From Candidatus Heimdallarchaeota archaeon (GTDB lineage: Archaea; Asgardarchaeota; Heimdallarchaeia; Hodarchaeales; Hodarchaeaceae), in contig JBHLSH010000025.1 in assembly GCA_048881705.1 (NCBI GenBank), positions 1 to 44,036 of the forward strand: a stretch of DNA of 44,036 bases. Direction: 5' to 3'. This document shows, piece after piece, positions 10,127-18,115 of the stretch. Made by a program: the position numbers and the translations under genes. The notes below the pieces were generated by a model, which saw only the letters and a program-made list of their open reading frames with translations, was not told where the DNA came from and searched no databases. How positions within the stretch are numbered: position 1 is the first letter of the stretch; each line of letters starts with the position of its first letter.

Positions 10127-10660
10127 ATGGCAGATGACGAGTATATTCTAAAAATCTGTTCAGCGGGTAGTTATCAAGTTGGTAAAACCAGTCTCATCCG
10201 TAGATATGCCGAGAATACTTTTAGCGAGGATTATCTTCCCACACTAGGTGTCGACATTACCACTAAACGTATTATTGTTGATGGCAAGCCCATTAAGCTT
10301 ATTCTCATGGATACGGCGGGACAAGAGATGTTCGGAAATATAAGAAAATCGTATTTCGATGGTGCGGCTGGCTGTCTCATTGTTTATGACATTACACGTA
10401 GAGAATCCTTTGATTCGCTTGATCGATGGGTCGCTGACTTCCGCTCTAATAAGGGTCGTGAAACTACCCCTATCGTAATTATCGGAAACAAAAACGACCT
10501 TGAGGCTGATCGAAAGGTCGAGCCAGAGGAAGGTCGGAAATTTGCAGAAGAAAAAGGTAATGTTCCATTCTATGAATGCTCTGCTAAACTAGGCGGGCCT
10601 GAAATTCCTGAGATTTATGTAAATCTTGCCCGACAATATCTTAATTCTGTCCAGCGGTAG
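10127..10660 (+). CDS. Rab-like small GTPase
   Basis: G1 GSYQVGKT, switch I PTLGVDI, G3 DTAGQE, RabF-like KLILM/YFDGA/IVYDIT, G4 GNKND, G5 CSAK. No C-terminal cysteine prenylation motif. Confidence 0.95.
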   Translation: MADDEYILKICSAGSYQVGKTSLIRRYAENTFSEDYLPTLGVDITTKRIIVDGKPIKLILMDTAGQEMFGNIRKSYFDGAAGCLIVYDITRRESFDSLDRWVADFRSNKGRETTPIVIIGNKNDLEADRKVEPEEGRKFAEEKGNVPFYECSAKLGGPEIPEIYVNLARQYLNSVQR

Positions 10661-10834
10661 AGTCATTCTTCCAACTATCTCTAGGGGTTTATTCTTGTTT
10701 TAACCAGGCTTGTTTCTCTTAGTCTTAGCTTGAAAAACGTAATAAAAAATTGTCAAAACCTGTCCTAGATTGACTCGCTCGATCACGTTTTCTATGCACG
10801 ACTCGTGAGAGAGAAAAAGCTAGGTCATAATGTC

Positions 10835-10882
10835 TTTTATCTACAGTTTAGATAAAAAAAGGAGGGGGGAGGGAAGAAAAGA
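10835..10882 (-). terminator. Putative terminator: pyrimidine/T tract plus hairpin
   Basis: Perfect inverted repeat TTTTATCTA-cagtt-TAGATAAAA (10835-10857) and a minus-strand pyrimidine tract directly after the 870-aa gene stop. Confidence 0.5.
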
Positions 10883-13495
10883 TTAATAACCTTCTCTTCG
10901 TTTTCTTACGAAATAAACACCTGCTGCAGCTGCAACTCCGATTCCTACAACTCCACCAACTAGTAGTAGAGCATCTAACGGAAAAGGCGGGGTTAAACCG
11001 CCAGCCAACATCTCAGGAGGAATGATTTCAGTAACAATCAATTGATTATTGAATACTTCCTGTTCGCTGGCGTTGGCATCGTAAGCCGTGTCAATCTGAA
11101 ACTCCAGGTTCGGTATATTCAGTTTGGTGATCTCTACTCGTAGTGTTGCGTTGAAGTACGGTGGTACCTGAGGGCCATTCCATTGTCGTTCAAGATCGAC
11201 AAACAGATACGATGTACCTGAAACAGTCAGAATCAGGAGAGACCGCCACTCATACGCAAGACTTTCATTCTCAAAAGTTCCGATCTGCGTCCCAAAAATC
11301 TCCAGGGATTGTAAATTACCCCCATGTATATTGATCCCCGCTTCGTTGTAGAAGGTCGCATTTAGAAAATCGCTCGGATCGTTATCGGGGGTGTAGTTTG
11401 AGTGGTTGCCTTTAAGGAACACTGTTATGTTGTAGATGCTGTAAGGATCCAACGTTAGAGGAATCCCATAAAGGTGGTCATCATCTGGAGAGTATGTATC
11501 ATCGATCCTAAATTCTGTCGTGGCACTAATCGCTGATAATGGAATGAAAAACTGTTGCCCTGAATACAGATTGGCTGTCGGAATGTTCGGTACGAACGGC
11601 GATAGACTCCCCAAGGCATTGATAGCGGTTGCAGATGGATTCAAAGCTACATTTGTACTAACAGTCAGACTCGCTGAAAATGTATCGAGTTGATCTAAAG
11701 TCCAGTTCCGCGCTTGAAATGGCCTGATCATCAGGATCGGTCTTTCATATTCCCGTGTGGGGAGCAAGGCGTTAATGATGGTGTCGTTATAATCCCAAGC
11801 TTCCCAAACATTGGTGGAATTCTCGTTTCCGAACCAATCGCTATTTGTCTGTGCACTGATTAGTTCGTTATATTTGCCAATGAAGGTCCATTCGTATAAT
11901 ATCTGCTGAAGCGGAAAAACATCGTCAGTAGTGGAAAGGTTTATCCAGTTTAGTTGATTGCGGACTATCGGAAGCTCAATTGCAAACAAACTGTCTTGAT
12001 TTACCTGAAGGGTTCCTGGTTGTTGAATTGGAACCGTAGTGAATCGGATTTCTCTTCCTAATGTGCCTGCCGAATCAACCGTAATTGCATAAGAGCCTGC
12101 AGGCATATATCGCCAATCCGCCACATTGCCAATGTCTTCAACAGTATCGCCATATAAGTTACCTGTGTTTGGACTAAAGAAATTGTCGCTTGTAACGTCT
12201 ATCCATTGATCAGGATAGGCCCCTGGAATGTAAAATGTAAGATCGAAAGTTTCTGTCCAATTTATGGCCATCATAGACTCTGTACCGAGTGTGAAAGTGT
12301 AATAAATGTTCTCCTCCAGCGTTGTATTCGTGTTTAAAGGTAATGGCATAGTTTCATAAATTGTGGTCGGAGGTATCTCTTGATAAAAGATCGAATATTG
12401 GCCATTGGTTTCACCAGGTGAATATAAGACCAGAGTGGCATTTTCCGTTTCTCGTGCGCGGATAACCATTCCGTCTTGGTCTATACTGCCCGAAATTTCT
12501 TCGTAATGATCACCAATTAAAAATCGAACTGGTTCAGCGGAAGAAACACCTGGCCTGACGTCTTCCATATCAAATATGGCACTTAATCGGTAGAATTGAT
12601 CCTTTACCAACGGTACATCAAACATTCTTATGCTGAAGAAATCGTACTCTGGTTCAATCAACTGATCCGTGGCTTGATCATACTGCCAAGGTTCTCCTTG
12701 GCTTAGTTCTCCATTAATAAGGGTGTTCGCATCAAGAGCAGGCAACGAAGTTGGGAATGTCCAAGGGTGCGGAGTCAGAGTAACAATAGTGGAGCCATTT
12801 GTTGCTAGCGTAAACGTAAGTAGACTCTCATTTTTGGGAAAAATGGGATAAGTCATTTCATTTTCAGGCATACCAACGATATATCCCGGGGCTGGCGGAT
12901 TTGCTTGCTCAAAGTATAATATACCCCATACATTAGTAGCTGTGAAAGAAACATCAAGGTAGAAAGGATCAGAACTCTCAACAAAACCGGAATATAACAC
13001 GTTTTGCTCGGCGTAAAATGTGGATGAATAGTCCATATGTAGACTAAGCGGTTTGGTTATTGACTGATTGAATGTTGGATTAGCGTCTGTATCAATTCTT
13101 ACTGCTCTTGGATACGGGGTCCCAGGGATAAAATCGTGATTACTGTCACGAGAGCTGTTTTCTAATAGCTGCACCTCTCGTTGGTTTGGGATGAGGTCTC
13201 CGCGGGTTAGTGAGAATGGAGTGATCTGGCTATCTCCGAGTGCATCTGCACCAGTTGTTGTATAATATACCAAATTTGTACTGGTACCCCAATATTCAAT
13301 ATCCCGATAACTTGTTCCAGGCGGGAGTATATAATAATCCCAATCGCCATATGTTTCTGGAGTGAATGTATCTTGAAGTTCTCCTGTTTGGATGATCGGT
13401 ACCTGGCTTGGTGACGATAGAACCGATGAAACATACATTAGCGATATTAGGATTATGGAAATTAGTGTAAATCGTATTTTTTTGTTTTTTACCAT
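10883..13495 (-). CDS. Large type I membrane-anchored surface glycoprotein (870 aa)
   Basis: N-terminal signal peptide (MVKNKKIRFTLISIILISLMYV), beta-rich acidic ectodomain with many N-X-S/T sequons, C-terminal TM (LLLVGGVVGIGVAAAAGVYFV) and basic tail RKRREGY. Confidence 0.85.
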   Translation of the reverse strand: MVKNKKIRFTLISIILISLMYVSSVLSSPSQVPIIQTGELQDTFTPETYGDWDYYILPPGTSYRDIEYWGTSTNLVYYTTTGADALGDSQITPFSLTRGDLIPNQREVQLLENSSRDSNHDFIPGTPYPRAVRIDTDANPTFNQSITKPLSLHMDYSSTFYAEQNVLYSGFVESSDPFYLDVSFTATNVWGILYFEQANPPAPGYIVGMPENEMTYPIFPKNESLLTFTLATNGSTIVTLTPHPWTFPTSLPALDANTLINGELSQGEPWQYDQATDQLIEPEYDFFSIRMFDVPLVKDQFYRLSAIFDMEDVRPGVSSAEPVRFLIGDHYEEISGSIDQDGMVIRARETENATLVLYSPGETNGQYSIFYQEIPPTTIYETMPLPLNTNTTLEENIYYTFTLGTESMMAINWTETFDLTFYIPGAYPDQWIDVTSDNFFSPNTGNLYGDTVEDIGNVADWRYMPAGSYAITVDSAGTLGREIRFTTVPIQQPGTLQVNQDSLFAIELPIVRNQLNWINLSTTDDVFPLQQILYEWTFIGKYNELISAQTNSDWFGNENSTNVWEAWDYNDTIINALLPTREYERPILMIRPFQARNWTLDQLDTFSASLTVSTNVALNPSATAINALGSLSPFVPNIPTANLYSGQQFFIPLSAISATTEFRIDDTYSPDDDHLYGIPLTLDPYSIYNITVFLKGNHSNYTPDNDPSDFLNATFYNEAGINIHGGNLQSLEIFGTQIGTFENESLAYEWRSLLILTVSGTSYLFVDLERQWNGPQVPPYFNATLRVEITKLNIPNLEFQIDTAYDANASEQEVFNNQLIVTEIIPPEMLAGGLTPPFPLDALLLVGGVVGIGVAAAAGVYFVRKRREGY

Positions 13496-13621
13496 CTTTT
13501 TACCCCTAATGAGGCTTTTTCAGAATATGTTACTAAAAGGTGTAAAATACCCATATAAAGATACTCAAATGATTTTGGAAGGATTTTAGTCGATCGTGAC
13601 GACGTTGTAATCTTTGTGAGA

Positions 13622-14899
13622 TTATTCAGAAGGAGGTTCAGCTTCTGTTTCTGTATTGGAGCTTTTATCCTGGGAAACCTGACTTAGAACTGGAGATGAT
13701 TTAAGATCAGGAGAGTCTGTTTCTTCTTCAATAGTCAATGTGGACTCAGAATCTTCTGATTTCACAGGAATTTCTTCTAAGATTTTCTTCTCTTCCCTGG
13801 AGGTTTCTCCAACTTCCTCTTCTTCCACTTCTTCTATTGCTTCTTCTTCCTCCTCTTCTTCCTCTTTTGCCTGTACTTCCTCATCTACTTCCTCTTTTTC
13901 CACTTCTTCTATTGCTTCTTCTTCCTCCTCTTCTTCCTCTTTTTCCTGTACTTCCTCATCTACTTCCTCTTTTTCCACTTCTTCTGTTACTTCTTCTTCC
14001 TCCTCCTCAGCATCATAATCTCCCATTAATCGCTTTAATCGCCATAGCATTTGGAGTTTTAGCCGTCTGCTTTCGTCATCAAACCCAAAAGCTTTGGCAA
14101 ACGAAGGAGTAGTCGTAAACACCAGAGAACGGGCTCGTTTTTCACTCGTAATAAATCCACGATACTCGAGACGATTGCAGATTTCAGTTACTTTAACTGG
14201 TCCAATCCCTTGAACCATTTTTTTTACCATTGCCAAAGAAATAGGTTGACGGTACGCAATTTCAGTAATAACTTTACGTTCATCATTTTCCATAAATCTG
14301 TCGGGCATTTGCGGAGAAAAAAGCTCATAATACATCGGATTTAACTGCATAACCCAGCGATCCTTAGAGATCTCATCAATTACTATAGGTGAGGTACGCT
14401 TTCGTCCCCTCTGAAGCTTTCTTAGAGTTCTTTTCACTACGGGCGACTCTATTTGTAGGTTTTCGATCAGTTCGCTTACATGAACAGGTCGGCCAACTGC
14501 AAACATTGCCCCCTCGATCTTTTCTTCTAGTGTGATGGGGGGTAATCTAAACGAAGGTACCAGAGGTCGAGCTTCTTCTTGAACTTCCCCCTCCAACACT
14601 ATTTCCTCTTTTTTAAAAATAAACATTTCTGGCGAGACAAATCCTCCAACCGATGCCTCAATATCAAGGATTTTCTCGACATAAGGATATAGGTCAAGCG
14701 GGCGAATGATTTCTGGTTTAGGTAAGGCTGTCTCGGGTTCAATTTCTTCTATAATTTCTGTTGGTGCCGTTTTTGAAAGTAAATCAAAATGTTCTTCAAA
14801 TGGAGTTTCTTCAACGGCATAGCCCTCCAGTTTTTGAGTTCCCTGTTCTTCTAGAGGGAGGGACGACGTCAGTGGCGAAATGGGATCAGTGGTTTCCAC
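13622..14899 (-). CDS. scpB: SMC-Scp complex subunit ScpB (KITE) with long acidic N- and C-terminal extensions
   Basis: Tandem winged-helix ScpB core: KIEGAMFAVGRPVHVSEL...ITEIAYRQPIS...RGFITSEKRARSLVFTTTPSFAKAFG. GTG start with GAGG RBS. Confidence 0.88.
   Translation of the reverse strand: METTDPISPLTSSLPLEEQGTQKLEGYAVEETPFEEHFDLLSKTAPTEIIEEIEPETALPKPEIIRPLDLYPYVEKILDIEASVGGFVSPEMFIFKKEEIVLEGEVQEEARPLVPSFRLPPITLEEKIEGAMFAVGRPVHVSELIENLQIESPVVKRTLRKLQRGRKRTSPIVIDEISKDRWVMQLNPMYYELFSPQMPDRFMENDERKVITEIAYRQPISLAMVKKMVQGIGPVKVTEICNRLEYRGFITSEKRARSLVFTTTPSFAKAFGFDDESRRLKLQMLWRLKRLMGDYDAEEEEEEVTEEVEKEEVDEEVQEKEEEEEEEEAIEEVEKEEVDEEVQAKEEEEEEEEAIEEVEEEEVGETSREEKKILEEIPVKSEDSESTLTIEEETDSPDLKSSPVLSQVSQDKSSNTETEAEPPSE
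13822..14008. repeat. 75-bp in-frame tandem repeat (~2.5 copies) encoding EEVEKEEVDEEVQ(E/A)KEEEEEEEEAI
   Basis: The unit anchor CCACTTCTTCT recurs at 13825, 13900 and 13975 (period 75 nt = 25 aa). The two full copies are near-identical. Confidence 0.92.
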
Positions 14900-15030
14900 A
14901 ACAACCTCTTGGGGAGGGGTTATCTCTGCTTGTATTCCGGTTTTTTTTTCTTTCCTGTCCTCCTTTTTACCTCTTCTAAATCGCCTGAAAATGATAGATC
15001 ACCCCAATACCTAGTTTTTTGTAAGCTTTC

Positions 15031-15594
15031 CTACTCGTATTGCAATTGTTTCAATGCATAATTTCTTAATCCATCTTGAATCGCTTCCTTGGTTTCTCTC
15101 CTTTCCTTTGGGAGTTTAAATAGGTCCAAAAACTCCTCTGTTACCGTTATTACCCGTTTATTTCCTTTCAGCGTGATAGTGATGAGAGCCATTGCCGAAA
15201 GTTCATCAATGTCTTCCCTTACCTTTTTCTTGCCAAAAATCCGCTGCAATTTAGTTGGTGTCACCTGTTCTCCCAGGACGTACTCTTTGAACGCGATTAT
15301 ACTGAGAATCTTCAATAGATGTTGGGGGACTTCTGATCTTTTAACGAACGGATAGGGAAGGTGTGCAGCCACTTCCTCACGTAATTTCAATTGGATATTT
15401 CCTCTTTCTGTGTCAACTATCGTGTACGCTGTTTTTCGATCTAGATATTCATCCCTAAGTTCCTCGATATATTTTTCTACCGCACTCTCCTCAATCTGTA
15501 TGATCTCTGCGAGTTCCGAATAAGCCACTGGCCTATCTAGAAGGTATAGAGTCGCCTCGATTACGTTTCGTTCGGTGAGTTGATTAACGTCCAA
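15031..15594 (-). CDS. scpB: SMC-Scp complex subunit ScpB (KITE), compact paralog
   Basis: VIEATLYLLDRPVAYSELAEII, EELRDEYLDR, LLKILSIIAFK, ITVTEEFLDLFKL match the ScpB pattern, with a short insertion (EYVLGEQ) in place of the canonical YxQP. Confidence 0.85.
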   Translation of the reverse strand: MDVNQLTERNVIEATLYLLDRPVAYSELAEIIQIEESAVEKYIEELRDEYLDRKTAYTIVDTERGNIQLKLREEVAAHLPYPFVKRSEVPQHLLKILSIIAFKEYVLGEQVTPTKLQRIFGKKKVREDIDELSAMALITITLKGNKRVITVTEEFLDLFKLPKERRETKEAIQDGLRNYALKQLQYE

Positions 15595-15756
15595 TACGAT
15601 GACCTATGGCGTTCTAAGATTTGATTGTTTAAAAAATTTACATATATCTTTTCGGGAAGAAACGTAATTCGGTGTTCATCCTTGGAAATTTAAAGAGCAG
15701 CTCTTGTTAAGAACACCTTCCCGCATTTTTTGGTATTAAATGGAATTATTGGTCTC

Positions 15757-16728
15757 TTAACGCGTTCTTCTTCGACTATATGAGCTGAAGAGAGCAATTA
15801 GAAGCACAGCCAACATCCAGGCGGGGGTCGTCGTCGGTGTCGTGGGTGTTGTCGGTATGGTCTTTAGTGTCAATGGATCAGCATAGAACTGGTCAAGAGT
15901 GCCTGCAATACTGTGAGAAAACATATTAAATGTAAGATTCATCGAGTTAAAGAGCAGAAGAACGGAATGATCTTCTACACCTCGATAATAATAATGTTTA
16001 ATCCCCGAATCATTCAAGGCAAGCGAAAAGTTGTCAGTTTCGAGGACATTTGTATTATACGCCCCATTATTGGTTCCACTGGCTAGAAATAATGTCTTAT
16101 CTCGAAAGAGTTCTAAATGTAGCAGAGGATCTAGTTGAAGGAACTGAGTTGCATTATCCCACTCGCTCGCTGCTAAAAAATCGAGCAAATTAGGAAGTGT
16201 CCATATTAATCCATCCCCAACGTATAGTCCACCAAACAGACCTGGATGACGTAGCGAAATCGTTATCGCCCCAGCACCGCCCATAGAAAATCCATAAATA
16301 AACCAAGACTCACTGGGTATTTTGAGTGAAGCATTTGCATCATCTAAGCAAGCGAGAACTCTTTTTTCCCCTTTATTGGGTGAATAAAAATCCGCTGCGG
16401 CGCCTGCTGCCATAACCAACGCTAGTCCAAACTTCTTGGCGGCCTTTACTACGTGAGACTCCTCCCAGTTTTCATCAAGGATTTGATCTTCTAATAACTC
16501 AAATTGAGTTGCAACATAACTAGGGATTATCAAGACGCCTCCAATAGGGTTTTCAGGAGTGTAGAGGACATAATGCTGAATATCACCATCAACTGTAACA
16601 CTTTCAAACGTTACACCTTCGCTCGAAGGTTCTGTTTGACCAATAATAGAAATTGGGGCAAATAGGATCAGGATAACAATCATTAAACCAAAAAACCATT
16701 TAGCTTTTAGTTTCATATTCACAACCAC
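15757..16728 (-). CDS. Secreted, C-terminally anchored esterase (PHB-depolymerase/esterase-like ABH), paralog A
   Basis: Signal peptide, GFSMGG nucleophile, His in EDHS, Thr-rich linker then TTPAW + TM + RRRTR. Confidence 0.85.
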   Translation of the reverse strand: MVVNMKLKAKWFFGLMIVILILFAPISIIGQTEPSSEGVTFESVTVDGDIQHYVLYTPENPIGGVLIIPSYVATQFELLEDQILDENWEESHVVKAAKKFGLALVMAAGAAADFYSPNKGEKRVLACLDDANASLKIPSESWFIYGFSMGGAGAITISLRHPGLFGGLYVGDGLIWTLPNLLDFLAASEWDNATQFLQLDPLLHLELFRDKTLFLASGTNNGAYNTNVLETDNFSLALNDSGIKHYYYRGVEDHSVLLLFNSMNLTFNMFSHSIAGTLDQFYADPLTLKTIPTTPTTPTTTPAWMLAVLLIALFSSYSRRRTR

Positions 16729-16949
16729 CTCTGAATTCCGTAATTCTCAGACTTTTAATTTAAAAGCTTTTTGCTTTAAATACATTCTTTCTGGCAATTA
16801 AAAACCGAAAAGAATAATGACTCCCAATAGTTATACTTCCTTTCTCATTCCTCGAGTTTACAACACGAGAAATGAATATGGAACTCAATATGAGAGATCG
16901 AATGTCAATGGTATCTCCCAGTTCTATCGTAAATTGCAGGCTAAATGCC

Positions 16950-17879
16950 TTAATGCATCTTTTTACGAACTAGTAAGAGAATTAGCGTAATTAAGAGTAT
17001 AAAAATCGTCCAAGCGGGGGTTGTTGTTGGAGCAGTAGTTGGTTGTACCGTTGAGGAAGGTGTAGCCATCCACCCATCTTCATAGAATTGATCTAATGTA
17101 CCATAGATATGATTAGAAAACATACTAAACGTCAGATTTAATGAATTATAAAGTAAGAGAAGGGAATGAGGTTCGTTTCCGCGGTAATAAAAATGTCTAA
17201 TACCAGAAGCATTCAATGCTTGAGAAAATTCGTCAGTTGGAGCGATATTGGTCTGGAAATAAGTTCCATTATTGGTTCCACTAGCAAGAAATAAACTTTT
17301 ATTCCTAAAAAACTCCAAATGATTCAGGGGATCTAAACCCAAGAATTCCTGGGAATCCCACCAATAGGGGGTCTGAATTTGTCCCCATACTAGTCCATCC
17401 CCAACATATAATCCCGCAAATACGTCTGGGTGTCGTAGAGATATTGTTATTGCCCCGGTTCCACCCATAGAAAACCCAAAGATGAACCAGGAATGATTGG
17501 GTATATTCAGGGTTTTGTTTGCATCATTTAAACATGCGAGAACCTTTTTCTCTCCATTATCTGGAGAATACCAGTTTCCGACAACGCCTTGCGCGAAAAC
17601 CAGAGCTAATCTAAACTTCTTTGCTGCTATTATAATAGGAGATTCCATCGCCTCTGCTAACAATTCATTATGATCCCCAGTAAGAGTAGGAATAATTAGT
17701 ACGGCTCCAATCGGATTAGAAGGCATATAAAGGTTGTAGTATTGGGTTTCACCGTTTACATCCAGACTATTAAGTTCTATCTCGTCACTAGATGTTATTA
17801 TCTGAACTCGAATTCCAAATGGGAATAGAAGAAAAAAACCGAGGATGAAGAATTTCAAGACACGATCTCTGATAGACAT
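16950..17879 (-). CDS. Secreted, C-terminally anchored esterase, paralog B
   Basis: Clear paralog of the neighbour (AAKKF.LALV, YSP..GEK.VLACL.DAN, GFSMGG.GAITISLRHP, EPHS), ending TTPAW + TM + RKKMH. Confidence 0.85.
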   Translation of the reverse strand: MSIRDRVLKFFILGFFLLFPFGIRVQIITSSDEIELNSLDVNGETQYYNLYMPSNPIGAVLIIPTLTGDHNELLAEAMESPIIIAAKKFRLALVFAQGVVGNWYSPDNGEKKVLACLNDANKTLNIPNHSWFIFGFSMGGTGAITISLRHPDVFAGLYVGDGLVWGQIQTPYWWDSQEFLGLDPLNHLEFFRNKSLFLASGTNNGTYFQTNIAPTDEFSQALNASGIRHFYYRGNEPHSLLLLYNSLNLTFSMFSNHIYGTLDQFYEDGWMATPSSTVQPTTAPTTTPAWTIFILLITLILLLVRKKMH

Positions 17880-18115
17880 TTTTCGATTACCCCGACATCT
17901 TTAGATAGATTTAAATCGTTCTCTGGCGTTATTAAGTATTCCGTAATCGTCATCACAGCAAGTATTTCTCTTTTATCTGATACAGGAACTTACAAATATT
18001 CAATACCTAAACCTAAGCCGTTCTTTAAGATCCGTGTTTAGTAAAACTGCATTCATTTAAAAGGAGATTTTTTAAGGTAGAAACAACATCTCCTTTCTAT
18101 CTAGAAGAGTAGGAA

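Noticed and set aside
13822-14008. Repeat considered as a CRISPR array
   Set aside because: Contiguous 75-bp in-frame coding units with no unique spacers and no cas genes.
13738-14112. Leu/Pro-rich and poly-Ser plus-strand ORFs (13738-14112, 13740-14018)
   Set aside because: Antisense shadows of the poly-Glu repeat in scpB.
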